From assembly GCF_001194135.2 (NCBI RefSeq), contig NC_068985.1, forward strand, positions 18,733,166 to 18,797,165: a DNA stretch of 64,000 nt, given 5' to 3'. The notes beneath the pieces are model-generated. The model did no database searches and was not told the origin of the DNA. It was given only the letters and a program-made list of their open reading frames with translations. The DNA is from Octopus bimaculoides (Eukaryota). This document shows, in pieces, positions 41,255 through 54,695 of this stretch (within the stretch, counting starts at the first letter, position 1; each line of letters starts with the position of its first letter). Both the position numbers and the translations under genes were made by a program.

Positions 41255-42240
41255 AACTATAGATATATAAAACACAGGATGTGTGTCTGTCTGCATGTTT
41301 TTCATGTCATTATAACTCGAGATCCACCCAACCAATTTTAATGAAAGTTTTGCACATGCATTACATAGGGTCCATGGACTGTCATGGGCAAAAAGATTTT
41401 CAGCTTCATGCCTAATGCAGGCCCAGGGGCAGATAAACCGCATTTTTAAAGCATTTTTGCAGCGTTAAGGCCCGTATCCAGTCACTTTCCTCCAAATTTT
41501 CAACAAACATTAATCAGGCTCCTCAAATTGCTGTTGACTAAAAAAATTTCCAATGCCAATTATGGGCCCCCACAAAAATGTAGATTAATCAGATTTGAGT
41601 ATACTGCATTGGGTTTTATCTTTGTTTTAGGCCATTTTCCAACAATAAAATATTGACATTACTTATACATTATAAGTCGTGTATAATATTTCATTGAAAC
41701 TCATTTGTCCAATTTGGCAGAGGAAATGAGAAGAACATTAAAATTTTTGTCAACGCCCTGTTGATACTTCATGTTATCATCCCGTGCACCACCAGGCCAT
41801 GTGTGTGTCTGTGTGTGGCTGGGTAAAGGCACAACAAACCCATTCATCCATTCTCGAGAAGTGCCCTGTTGATGTTTACCTGTTTCCAATCCTGCACAAT
41901 GCATATCTGCATTCTATATCATCCATTAGAAAATTACTATTTGTAAATCTCACAATGAGAGATATTCAGCAACAGTACTTTGGAGTAAAGATTATTTGCC
42001 AACATAACATAGCAGTCCTGGTTTAGGACAAATGTTGCTGTAATTTAGCCCCAGGAGACATTGTCTCCAGCTGGCTATACGACACGATTTGTGTCCTTAT
42101 ATTTTCGAACAAGGGAATCTAGCACCCCAACCCATGTCTGAACTATATAATGCAAAACGTTCATACAAAAAAAACAAACTGCTGTTGTGACTCACAACCA
42201 TTTGAGTTTGACATGCTGTATGGTGTAGCATTGTTAGTTG
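41255..42240 (+). mobile_element. Non-autonomous Helitron-like element (copy 2, interrupted at about 41900-42130)
   Basis: Reverse complement of 27085-27850 over about 750 bp. Confidence 0.5.
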
Positions 42241-43039
42241 TTGCATTGCTTCAGTAAATATTAAAATCAAAGGTCTTCTTGCCATAAACATCCCATCTCT
42301 TTGTTAAGCATATTGTATATTAAGGAGTACATTATCCAAAATGTATCTCTCCTTTATAAGCATGGCTGCGTGAGTGAGAAACCTGCTGTTCAACCATGTT
42401 GCCTTGAGTTCAATCTCACTGTGCAATTCTCTTTCATTACAGCTCAGTGCTGACCAAAGCCTTGTGTATTATATAATTGCCATTACTGTACTCTTATATA
42501 AAATAACACAAACAACTCACTTATTATTGTCATATAATAAACAAACAGAAGTTCATGTATGAAATTGATCTTTTTTCAATTTCAATTATTACATGTTTTT
42601 TTCTTATAAAATACACACATACAGGAGGTATATATATATATATATATATATATAAATATATATATAAATAGCAGAGATAACTGGTATTGCCAGTATCACA
42701 TGGAATTGAAGACTTAGACTTTTCTTTTATATTTTCTTTAATGAATGGAATATATAAATATATATATATGCATGTATGAGTGTATATATGTACATATCTA
42801 TATATATATATGTACTCATATATACACACATATATANNNNNNNNNNTTTCATGGAGAGGTGTGCTTCTAAAGAAGCGCCGAAAATTGTATGCATACTGTT
42901 GCCTAGACGTGGTTGGTTCAAATCCTAGGTGAATTGAGAGTAGTGTATTTATGTGGGGGGGGGGGGATTTCGAGGAAAAAATAATAAGAAAACACGTGGT
43001 AAGTCAAAGAGAGCATACATGTCAAACTTGGTAAAATTC

Positions 43040-43700
43040 AGTTGAAAATTGTAGGAGTAGAAGTGATTTCACACAACAAAAGACAGACAATTTGCCTTTT
43101 AATAGATAGATAACACTTTGAATGTGCCTCCCGAGAAAGAGTAAAAGTAATTACCCAATCAACGATGGGTATTACTGCTAGTTTTATATATTTTAGACTA
43201 AATGCACAAGTAATTTTTAAAGATTGATACAAATATCTATTGCAACAATGGGTTTGTTGTTTTAAGAAATATGAACAACCACAGTATAGAAAAATTTAGG
43301 AGAAATCTTGTAATATTTTTCAGAGACTTAGATCACTGTAAACTTTCTAAATATCACATTAAATTTAGGTACTAGCAAATTTTCACATCCATAAAAACTC
43401 TATCTGCCTAATATTCTCCGTTTTACAGTTCCTAGTATTAGTAAACATTTCCTATTTATCTTAGAATGACACATGATTTAAAAGTGCTCCACATCATTAC
43501 AATGAGACACTTAACAATAGAAGATTTTCAAAAATAGCAAAGTGTAGAGTTGAACCACTTACTGCTAAGGGTAAAAACGTAACTGGAAAAATTATACAGC
43601 ATAAGGCAATTTTCAGTTAGGATGTCCAAACCAACATAACCAAGAATTTCCTAGATTTGATCTCTCTTCACCTTTCAAAACCTCAAAGATACTACAAGAT
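43040..43700 (+). mobile_element. Penelope-like element RT fragment (copy 1)
   Basis: Degenerate translation includes DVQTNITKNFLDLISLHLSKPQRYYKI; the DNA aligns by eye with copy 2 over about 500 bp. Confidence 0.7.
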
Positions 43701-43704
43701 TTTA

Positions 43705-44200
43705 CAAACTTTGTGCTGTGCAGTCCTACTCTCAGCACATGATGGGGATAAACAGAGTGGACAAGCAGGTGATGTATTACATGGTGCTGCACAGATGTAC
43801 CAAATGGAGGAAGAAAGTTTTCTTTCATCTTTTTGAAATATGTTTCTGCAATGCCCTTGTCGTTTTGAAAGTCAAGTCAGCTTGCTGGGTTAGCAATGAA
43901 AAGTTCAGGCTGAAAATTGTACATTCTCTACAGGAAGGCTACCAGTCAGATGTGTCTCATAGGAGACATAGCAGGACAGAAACCCTTCCCCCAGAAAGGT
44001 TGTTGTTAACAGAACACCACCTTATTATTTAACCCCAAGCACCTGAAATCTGTAAGCCTTCTCGCTGTTTGTTTGAACATAGAGAAGTGCTACCAGACCC
44101 AGTTCATATGCAGAAAGCGTGATGTGACACTCTGCTCATACCCCTACTTTCAGAGGTACCACAATCTGATAGATTACAAAGTAGATTGCACCCCAGAACT
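43705..44200 (+). mobile_element. piggyBac transposase C-terminal relic
   Basis: VQSYSQHMMGINRVDKQVMYY...RCTKWRKKVFFHLFEICFCNALVV followed by a Cys-rich tail QTQFICRKRDVTLCSYPYFQRYH. Confidence 0.8.
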
Positions 44201-44819
44201 CCAAAGACACTGATCAAGGTATGATAAAAGTTTGTCAATACATTTATGTTTTTCGTTTTTGTTCTATTTTGTTTTTTCAATATCAAAGCATGCATGCAGA
44301 ACTAAACACATTACATCAAAATATTATTCATCTGTTAGGTAGAGGGCTCCAAAAGGAGTCTCTGGGAGTAGCGTCCCTGCCTTCCTGAGCTAGATTTCCA
44401 CTACATTTCTTAAAAATCATGGTAGAGGCCTTGGTCTCAGGACCACTCATGTCTAGAAACTGAGGTTGGGGGTAAGCAAGGGCATGCTCCCTGTAGAAAA
44501 TCCAACTCCAAAAAAGCTTCATGATAGCAAAGGAGAATGGGCACCAGCCAACACAAAGGTTGTGGTGGGCTGCACCTGCCTACCTCGGTTGCTATGGCAT
44601 TGAGGTAGATCCAGCCACCTCCGTTAATGGGGACAAAACCCAATTTTAAAATACTGGATGATGATGATGATGATGATCCTTTATTAGTGTACAAAAAAAA
44701 AAATCAAGTTTATAAACTCAATACAATAAAAGTTATAACAATTTTAAAACAGTGGGTGCTCATGTTTTTTGTACCCTCAAAAATTATGCAGTAGCAGGGG
44801 AAACAATTCTAGGGACAAA

Positions 44820-46910
44820 TCTGTTAAAATTCAAGCTGAAACTGTGCAAGATTGTTATTTTATATATTTTAGACTTAATGCACAAGTAAATTTTAAAGAT
44901 TGATACAAATATCTATTGCAACAACAGGTTTGTTCTTTTGAAAAATATGAACAACAACAGTCTGGGAAAATTTAGGAGAGACCTTGTAATGTTTTTCAGA
45001 GATTTAGGTTTAAAGATCTCTGTAAACTTCCTAAATATCACATTAAATTTAGGCACAAGTAAATTTTCACATTCATGAAAGCTCTATTTACCTAATATTC
45101 TCCATATTTCAGGTCCCAGTATTAATAAACATTTCCTCTTTATCCTAGCATGATTTCAAAGTGCTATACATCATTACAATGAAGCACTTAACAGTAGTGG
45201 ATTTTCAAAAATTGTAAAGTGGAGTTGAATCACTTACTGATATGACTAAAAATGTAACTTGGAAAAATTGTGCAATCACAAGTACTTTCTGAGAGATGGC
45301 CTTGCTTGATATGTAAGAAGGGCATTGGTAGAAACTGCATATGTTGTACCCAGTGCAAGCTTTGTACACATAAGAGGGGTAGCAATATCAAAGGAAGGTT
45401 AACAGAGATAAAAAGTCTTTGTGTGTGGCAAATGTGCAGGTACAATAAGCACTAAAAATATGCAGACAATAAGCTCTCTCAAATGCTTGGGGGGATCATT
45501 AGAAGTAGTAGATAGCTTCTATTATTTAGGAGACCAAGTTAGCAGTGGAGAAGGAAGTTCTGAAAGTGTAGCTGCTAGGATAAGAATGAGCTTCTACTGT
45601 GTTGGTAACTAAGGGCTTCTCCCTCAGAGTGAAAGGCAAATTGTATGATGCCTGTGTAGGTACAGCTATGTTACATGGCAGTGAAACATGGGCTTCAACA
45701 ACAGAGAATTTGAGAAAGCTTGAAAGAAATGAAGCTAGCATGCTCTGCTCGATGAGTAATAGCTAGTGTGTATGTATGAAAGTGTAAATGATTTAAGAGG
45801 AAAACTGGGTATAAGAGGCATCAGGTGTTGTGTGCAGGAGATAAGACTGTGCTGGTTTGGTCATGTGATGTGTATGGATGAGGACAGCTGTGTAAAGTGC
45901 TGAGCTGTAATTGTGGAGGGAACTCGTAGAAGGGGTAGAGCCAGGAAGATGTGGGACAAAGTGATGAGAAAGGATCTTCAGATGTTGGGCCTCCCTGAGG
46001 AAATGATAAGGGACCAGGAGATGTGATTTGCTGTACTTGATAAGACATGTCAAGCTAAGTAAAATCGCTGTTTTCCACACATACTGGTTTGTCCTTTGAG
46101 GTGTTGGTGCCACTTAAAAAGCACCCATGCCAATTCTGTGTCAACACACCCATGCCAGTGGCATGTAAAAAGTATCCAGCACACTCTGTTAAGTGGTTGG
46201 TGTTAGGAAGGGCACCCAGCCATAGAAAACATACTGCAACAGACAGCTGGAGTCTGGACAGCTCCCAGCTAGCTAGCTCCATGTCAACCCATCCAACCCA
46301 TGCCAGCATGGAAAGCAGATATTAAATGATGATGATGGTGATAATGCACTTTTCAGTTAGGATGTCTAAACCAACATAACCAAAATATTCTTGGATTTGA
46401 TCTCTCTTCAATTTTCAAAATTTCATAGATACAAGATATTCAACAGAAATTTGGTCAAAATTCTTTCTCATATTTCACCAGCTCTATCAGCTCGTTTAAT
46501 TCTAACTGCCTGTCGTGCAATACCATGTCTATCCCTACATGTAACTACAGCTGCAAGCAAACATCTGTCTCCCTAAAGATGTTTGCCTTATTAATTCTTT
46601 GGTGTACCATGTTGAAGGGTTGAATGATGGCTCAATACCAAAATCTTATACTGGATTAACAGAAAACAGCCTCATGACATGATTCTAGTCATACAGACAT
46701 TCATTTGTTGAACAAGAAACTCTTCACAAGTCTCTCTAGTTATATATGGTCTGTTTGTATTTCTGCAACTGCCTATGAATATACTGAAATTAGAAGTAAC
46801 CTCAAGTGCCAACTTTGTTTACTAGAGGAAGTAGTCACAATATTACTCCAAGAAGAAAATAGACTAAACAACCATAAACTACTTTTGCACTTACACAAAA
46901 CCACCAGGCT
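44820..46910 (+). mobile_element. Penelope-like element RT + GIY-YIG fragment (copy 2), interrupted by an RTE LINE
   Basis: LKNMNNNSLGKFRRDLVMFFRDLGLKISVNFLNITLNL...HYNEALNSSGF (RT); KIFNRNLVKI; CLINSLVYHV...KSYTGLTEN and SLSSYIW...KCQLCLLE (GIY-YIG region). Confidence 0.8.
45270..46345 (+). mobile_element. RTE-type LINE 3' fragment with Cys/His finger, 3' UTR and (GAT)n tail
   Basis: RWPCLICKKGIGRNCICCTQCKLCTHKR...LEVVDSFYYLGDQVSSG...LSLRVKGKLYDACVGTAMLHGSETWA; ends ccatccaacccatgccagcatggaaagcagatattaaa(tga)n. Confidence 0.85.
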
Positions 46911-47115
46911 TGTCTTCATGAACACCATAGAGCTTAAACATATTCCCATTGTTTCACCACTACAAGGTCTCTTTTGTGCTTTTTACCCTTCTTCACCACT
47001 TCTCCTTAATGGCTTCCTTTTGCTACTGCAGCTCCTCAACCATTACTCATAATCCATTAGTCCATCATCACTCTTACATATTCCTTTTCCTCTCTATCTC
47101 AATTCTTCTTGTGCA

Positions 47116-47156
<41 letters not shown>

Positions 47157-47477
47157 CATCATCATCATCACTTAACATCCGGTTTGCCATGCTTGGATGG
47201 ATTAGATGGAATTTGTTGAGGCAAATTTTCTACAGTTGGACGCCCTTCCCGTCAGCAACCCTCACTTGTTTCCAGGCAATATTTTTCATGACCAGACATG
47301 TTTTCCACATTGAAAGAGGCTCATTATATATATATATATATATATATGTTATGAATATGATATAAATCGTAAGTGCATNNNNNNNNNNNNNNNNNNNNNN
47401 NNNNNNNNNNNNNNNNNNNNNNNNNNNNNNNNNNNNNNNNNNNNNNNNNNNNNNNNNNNNNNNNNNNNNNNNNNNNN

Positions 47478-47540
<63 letters not shown>

Positions 47541-50500
47541 GTGTGTATGTGTGTGTGTTTATTCCCCACTACTGCTTGACAACCATAACTTATCAGTTTG
47601 GCAAAAGAGAACAATAAAGTAAGCACCAGGCTTAGAAATAAGTACTGGAGTCAATTCGTTTGACTAAAACTCTTCAAGATGCTCCAGCATGGCTACAGTC
47701 TAATGACTGAAAGAAATAAAAAGTACAAGTAAGAGAGAGAGTTGATGCCAGTAGAAAAAAATATATAGAGAGGCATGAAGGAATTTGACAACACTACAAG
47801 TGAGTAAAGTGTTTTTAAGAAATTTCAGAAAATATGAGACATAAAAGGACTGACAAGAAGAGAAGTGGTGCATTTAGTAGACCAGGTCAGAGGTGATATG
47901 CAGTCTTGCAGAAGTTTGTGAAGTAAGGGCTGATGTTAGCTATATTAAAGTGTAACAAAAACAGCATATAGGCCAATGTTTAAAAGCAAGTGTGCAGGAG
48001 ACTCACATAACCAAATTCAGGTAAGTCAGAGTTAAATAGAAGATGAATCACAAACAGCTTAGTCAGTGCATGACTGTTAGTCACCCGAAGGAGGAGTGGT
48101 CAACTTAGCCAGACATGGTTGAGGTGCTATAAATAAGATTTTGAAAGACTTACAAAATTTCAGAACAGATTACTGAAATTTGAAAAAAGCTGATAAACTG
48201 CAAAGGAATTAACTCCCAAAGGGATCCTCTAAAAGGAATTAAGCCCCAAGAGATCATCTAAAATAGTCTGTTGTACCATCAGTGATTATTAAGCAACAAA
48301 AGTATTCATCATCATCATCGTCATTTTATTGTTCACTTTCCCATGCTTGCATGAGTCAGATGGAATTTGTTGAAGTAGATTTTCTACAACTGGATGCCCT
48401 TCCTGTCACCAACCATTGCTTGTTTTCAAGCAAGATATCATTTCACCATGGTTGGACATGTTCACAGGGAAAATCAGAAATGAAGGACACCATTTGTGTG
48501 ACAGTGAAACTCATCTACTACTATCATGTGACATTAAGAAGAGAAACAAAGACAAGCATCATACACATACACACATACATACTTATACATACAAACATAG
48601 ATGTGTGTGTGTGTGTGTAAGAAATTAAATAAATGATAAGGGACTAGGAAATTATGTAATGACCTTCGTTAGCTAACAGCTATTTCTGCTATAATGTACA
48701 ATGCACTCATAGATGAGTGCTTGTGCATCACCCTACAGCTTCATTGGAGCTATAGTACCATTCGGTGGGGGCTGAACCTGAATCCTCGTGGATAGGAAGC
48801 AAGTTTCTTAACCATGTTTGCACCTACTCTAAAAGACAACTCAAAGCTAAAAAAGTCTGGATTTGAAAGTAAAATCATTTTCTATTCTATGCAATAAAGA
48901 AAGATTTGCTATTTGTGTACACAAAATGTCAGTTGAACAGTTATTGGGAGTATTGTTGTTATGAAAAATATAGCAGAGTTTACTTTGATGTTGGAACACC
49001 AAAAAAAGAAAGGAGGGAAAAAAATAGTACGAGACTAATTCTGGAATGTGAAACTAGCAGTGCAGTCGGTTTCTTTGAAAAGCAGCACAAATAGCTCCAA
49101 AGTAAATGTCAAAGAAGGAAGTGACAAGTACATTTTACCATGCATTCTGTGATTCAATGCCAACATTTAGATGCAAAGTAAATTATAACAATAACTATTA
49201 AGAGAGTAATAGAATACAGCCAACTTCTTATTTTCGAGAGCTCCATCTAAATCATTATCATTATCACCATAATTATTATCATTGTTTTGATGTCTACTTT
49301 CCCATGCTTGCATGGGTCAGACAGAATATTGTTAAGTCGGATTTTCTTTGGCTGGATGCCCTTCCTGTTGCCGACTCTCACCTGTTTCCAAGTAAGTTAA
49401 TATTTCTCCATGGCCAAACATGTTTCCATGCAAGATTGAAAACAAAGGATACTGCCTGCATGACAGAGACACTCCTTTACAACTATCACAAAATGTCAAG
49501 GCAAAGAGACTGTAACACACACACACATACATATATGTACAACAGGCTTCTTTCAGTTTATGTCAACCAAATCCCCTCACAAGGGTTTGGCTGACTTGGG
49601 GCTATAGTAGAAGACACTTGCACAAGGTGCCATACAGCAGGGCTGAACCCAAAACCATGTGGTTGGGAAGCAAATTTCATACTACAGCCACACCTGTACC
49701 TCCAAAAGAACTACTTGTCAGAAGTGGGATACAAATAAAAATATAAAGTAAACTAAAAACTCTTCTCTGGTGTAAAAAAATGTTAAGAGCATTATCCCTT
49801 GATAGATTATAAACAGTTCTCAAGATATAAATACTGATACACAAAACTCTCTTAACCTCCATAACCAGAGAAATTGGTGGGAAAATTTTTTTTATCTTAC
49901 TCATATTGTATCTGTCATATGAGAGAATTTTGAAAGCTTTAACAATCACATTCCAGGTTAAATATCAATATGGCTTTAAAAAGTGCATAAAATTTACAAA
50001 GCTTTGTGAAACTAAATCATCATCATGATACACATTTGAAAGATGATAAATAAGATACTCAAGAATCAGTCTAATAGATCCTTTTTATAGCACTTTTCTT
50101 TTTTTTTTTTTTTTTNNNNNNNNNNTTTTTTTTTTTTTTCTTTCAAGCTAATTCAATCCTGATGTCAGCTACTACAGTAATTTTACCTCCAACTATTTTT
50201 GAAGTGAAACATTGCTCATGTAAAACATTTCACTCTCTTACATGGATGTATTCTGGAAACCACCTATATCACTCTGTGAGACATACCCAGTCAAAAATAG
50301 ATGGCAAACACTCAAAAGTGCATATCTATGGATCCTAATAATATCCTCATTTGACTGTCAGAAGTAAAATTCCCTGAAACTGAAACCCAAATTTGTTTGA
50401 AAACAGCAAAAATGAAAAGCATTAATTTTCTGTTCATGTGTGGTTAAGAAGTTTGCTTCTCAGGCACCTGAATTTGGATTCAATCCTATTGTTAAAAGAA

Positions 50501-51429
50501 GGTATATGCATGGCCACATGTGTAGGTGTGCTGGCTGTCTAAGAAGCTTGCCTCTCAACCGTGTGGCTTCAGGCTTAGTCCTACTGCATGGCAACTTGAA
50601 CAAGTGTTTCTTCTAGGCTGACCAAAGCCTTGTCAGTGGATTTGGCAGATGCACAATACACACACACACACACATATCTATTTATCTCTATCCATATGTG
50701 TGTGCGTGAAGTGTGTGTGTATATGTACATGTATAGAGATAAATAGATNNNNNNNNNNNNNNNNNNNNNNNNNNNNNNNNNNNNNNNNNNNNNNNNNNNN
50801 NNNNNNNNNNNNNNNNNNNNNNNNNNNNNNNNNNNNNNNNNNNNNNNNNNNNNNNNNNNNNNNNNNNNNNNNNNNNNNNNNNNNNNNNNNNNNNNNNNNN
50901 NNNNNNNNNNNNNNNNNNNNNNNNNNNNNNNNNNNNNNNNNNNNNNNNNNNNNNNNNNNNNNNNNNNNNNNNNNNNNNNNNNNNNNNNNNNNNNNNNNNN
51001 NNNNNNNNNNNNNNNNNNNNNNNNNNNNNNNNNNNNNNNNNNNNNNNNNNNNNNNNNNNNNNNNNNNNNNNNNNNNNNNNNNNNNNNNNNNNNNNNNNNN
51101 NNNNNNNNNNNNNNNNNNNNNNNNNNNNNNNNNNNNNNNNNNNNNNNNNNNNNNNNNNNNNNNNNNNNNNNNNNNNNNNNNNNNNNNNNNNNNNNNNNNN
51201 NNNNNNNNNNNNNNNNNNNNNNNNNNNNNNNNNNNNNNNNNNNNNNNNNNNNNNNNNNNNNNNNNNNNNNNNNNNNNNNNNNNNNNNNNNNNNNNNNNNN
51301 NNNNNNNNNNNNNNNNNNNNNNNNNNNNNNNNNNNNNNNNNNNNNNNNNNNNNNNNNNNNNNNNNNNNNNNNNNNNNNNNNNNNNNNNNNNNNNNNNNNN
51401 NNNNNNNNNNNNNNNNNNNNNNNNNNNNC

Positions 51430-51737
51430 AGTACCGCCTGACTGGCTCCCGTAGGATTTTCGAGTGAGATCGTTGCCAGTGCCCCTGGACTGGCTTGTGC
51501 GGGTGGCACATAAAAGACACCATTTCGAGCGTGGCCGTTTTCGTGCGGGTGACACGTAAAAGCACCCACTACACTCTCTGAGTGGTTGGCGTTAGGAAGG
51601 GCATCCAGCTGTAGAAACTCTGCCAAATTAGATCGGAGCCTGGTGTTGCCATCCGGTTTCACCAGTCCTCAGTCAAATCGTCCAACCCATGCTAGCATGG
51701 AAAGCGGACGTTAAACGATGATGATGATGATGATGAT
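51430..51737 (+). mobile_element. Young RTE-tail non-autonomous element with (GAT)n end
   Basis: CpG-rich; ends ccaacccatgctagcatggaaagcggacgttaaacgatgatgat. Related pieces at 28503, 30738, 31875, 52140, 54050, 54750 and 57812. Confidence 0.75.
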
Positions 51738-52376
51738 GTATATATATATATATATAGTGTGTGTGTAGGTTATAATCCAAGTTCTGTCCTCTTGAAAATC
51801 ACTTGCATATTCCAGTACTCCAAAATTGTATGTAGATGTTAGAATTGTGTGAGGCATGCAGAAAAATTGTATTTGCAGAGTAATTACATGCCAAAATAGG
51901 TGACTGGAAAAAATAGTTTTGGAATTATTTATTCACTATTACCCGTGTTTCATTTGCAAATAGGAGAGTTACAAAATTGTACATATAGGATAAACATTTA
52001 AGAAATCTTCTATTAGAAATTCTTCAGACCGAGTTTCAAATAATTAAGTATTATCTGATTCTATCTGTTTGAAGAATTTCTAATGCAACATGTAATGGTG
52101 AATAGATAATACAAGACATTTTTTCCAACCTCCCATTTTGGGCACGTCTCCATGCTGGTGGCACATAATAAGCACCGTTCAAGCTTGGTCAATGCCAATG
52201 CCACCTAATTGGCCCTCATGCTGGTGGCACATAAAAAGCACTCTCAGAGTAGTTGGCGTTAGGAAGAGCATCCAGCTGTAGAAACCTTGCCAGATCAGAG
52301 TGGAGCCTAGTGCAGCCTCCTGGCTTGCCAGTCATCAGTCAAACTGTCCAACCCATGCTAGCATGGAAAGCAGACG

Positions 52377-52605
52377 TTAACTCTTTCGTTAGCGTATTTC
52401 TTTTGAAGTGCTCTGTTTCTTTCAATTAATTCTAAATGTAACAAAGAATTTAGTAAAATAACTTAGTAATCATTAAGCTAGTGTTAGGTACATAAATTGT
52501 GACTAAGGTTTGTTTGAAGATTTTTAATTCAGAACTTATGCTAACAAGACATTTGTACTACAGAGTCAGAGGCGGTTTCAGCCAGATTGGTATGGAAAAG
52601 GTTAA
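52377..52605. mobile_element. TTAA-flanked MITE inserted in an RTE-type tail
   Basis: The host tail agacgTTAAacgatgat is split and TTAA is duplicated on both sides; related sequence at about 16320-16625. Confidence 0.75.
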
Positions 52606-53319
52606 ACGATATAATGATGATAGTGGTGGTGGTGGTGGTGGTGGCCAAGGGGAAGTCCTTGTCGTGACATCACATGAAACAAGCATCGCTATTGTACAAA
52701 CAGTGTCATTGTCATTCATTGAAACATAATTAGCCATAAAGAAATATTACTTTGCTTGGAAACAGGTGAGAATTGGCAACAGAAAGAGTATTTGTCTGTA
52801 AAAAAAATCTGCATAGAAAGGTAGACGTCAAAAAGATGATGTACAGCTGAGCCACCATATCAAGGCATGCAGATTTTATGTGATGTTTCAATTGAATCAG
52901 AAGTACTGCATTAATTGGTTTTAACTTGATACTTTTCTAAATATAACTGCTTATTTTTATTTGTAATGCCTGCAATTCATTTATCCAGCTGTTTGGTTTG
53001 GGATGGTTCTACTAGAATTCAAGTTTAATGCTGCTATCACTTAAAAAGTAAGTGGTAGCAAGCAAAATAATTTTGGGTGAGAAAGAATACAGTTTTAAAT
53101 CTGTTATCTTTTCCTTGTTTCAGTCATTGAACTGCAGCCATGAACTATTTTAGCCAAACAAATCGACCCCTGTATTTATTGTTTTGTTCGTTTTGCTTGT
53201 TTTTTAAAGTCTAGTATTTATTCTATTAGTATCTTTTGCCAAAACCACTAAGTTACATCATCATAAACAAACCAACACCAGTTGTTGTGCAATGGATATG
53301 TGGAGGTGGGGAGGCAAAT

Positions 53320-53350
<31 letters not shown>

Positions 53351-53592
53351 TTTTTAATCTTTCACTTGTTTCAGTCATTAGATTGCAATTATGCTGGGAA
53401 ATTGCCTTGAAGAATTTTTAGTCAATTGAATTGACACCAGTTTTTATTATTTTCTTTTCTGTTTAAGCCTGGTACATTTTCTATTGGTCTCATTCTTCTG
53501 AACGCTAAGTCACAAGGATGTAAGCACACCAACACCTGTTGTCAAGAAGCGGTAGGGGACAAACACAGACACAAAGACACACATATATATCA

Positions 53593-53638
<46 letters not shown>

Positions 53639-54182
53639 NNNNNNNNNNNNNNNNNNNNNNNNNNNNNNNNNNNNNNNNNNNNNNNNNNNNNNNNNNNNNN
53701 NNNNNNNNNNNNNNNNNNNNNNNNNNNNNNNNNNNNNNNNNNNNNNNNNNNNNNNNNNNNNNNNNNNNNNNNNNNNNNNNNNNNNNNNNNNNNNNNNNNN
53801 NNNNNNNNNNNNNNNNNNNNNNNNNNNNNNNNNNNNNNNNNNNNNNNNNNNNNNNNNNNNNNNNNNNNNNNNNNNNNNNNNNNNNNNNNNNNNNNNNNNN
53901 NNNNNNNNNNNNNNNNNNNNNNNNNNNNNNNNNNNNNNNNNNNNNNNNNNNNNNNNNNNNNNNNNNNNNNNNNNNNNNNNNNNNNNNNNNNNNNNNNNNN
54001 NNNNNNNNNNNNNNNNNNNNNNNNNTATATATATATATATATATATATATCATCATCGTTTAATGTCCGCTTTCCATGCTAGCATGGGTTGGACGATTTG
54101 ACTGAGGACTGGTGAAACCAGATGGCTACACCATACATATATATATAGTCTGGTTTTCACATTTTTTTAATGGTATTTTAAC

Positions 54183-54222
54183 AAAAGTAGCACTTTCATA
54201 CATAGTGTACTCATCAGATTTC
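54183..54222 (-). ncRNA. Minimal type-I hammerhead ribozyme motif (inverted copy)
   Basis: Minus strand GAAAU-CUGAUGA-GUACACUAUGUAU-GAAA-GUGC-UA-CUUUU. Stem II is GUAC/GUAU; there is a mismatch at the first stem I pair. Confidence 0.6.
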
Positions 54223-54655
54223 AAATGTGTTTAACTGACAGTTGAGTTCTTGACAATTTTAGTATTTCTTAAAATGGTTACAAGTCTATGGACAACAAAT
54301 CCAGAAAGCCAATGTTTGCCAAATTCCATTGAGTGAATATATGGAGACATGTGGTCAGAAAATGTTTCTAATTTTTACTTTCCACAAGCTACATGACACA
54401 AGTAAGGTTGGAAGAAAGATAAAAGAAAAACAGTTTATTAAATGTTCAAACCTGTTCTGAACGGAAATAACAGCAATAATATAATGATGTGGATTAATAA
54501 ATATAAACAAGTTACAGAATATCGATATGCCTGGCAAACTGTGATGTTTAAGAGCATGTGGATTGATCAAAAAGGTATTCTAAAAACTTAGCTGCTTGGA
54601 GCATTCTAAGAGGTGCTAAAGTTGTCAAGAACTCAACTGTCTGTTAAACACATTT

Positions 54656-54695
54656 GAAATCTGATGAGTATGTTATGTATGAAAGCGCTAATTTT
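54656..54695 (+). ncRNA. Minimal type-I hammerhead ribozyme motif
   Basis: GAAAU-CUGAUGA-GUAUGUUAUGUAU-GAAA-GCGC-UA-AUUUU: intact core, palindromic stem III (AGCGCU), stem I GAAAU/AUUUU, predicted cleavage after A54690. Confidence 0.7.

Noticed and set aside
50287-50373. 87-nt minus-strand segment with a good acceptor and GTATGT donor
   Set aside because: Stops in all three frames; at most a UTR or poison exon, and unsupported without RNA data.
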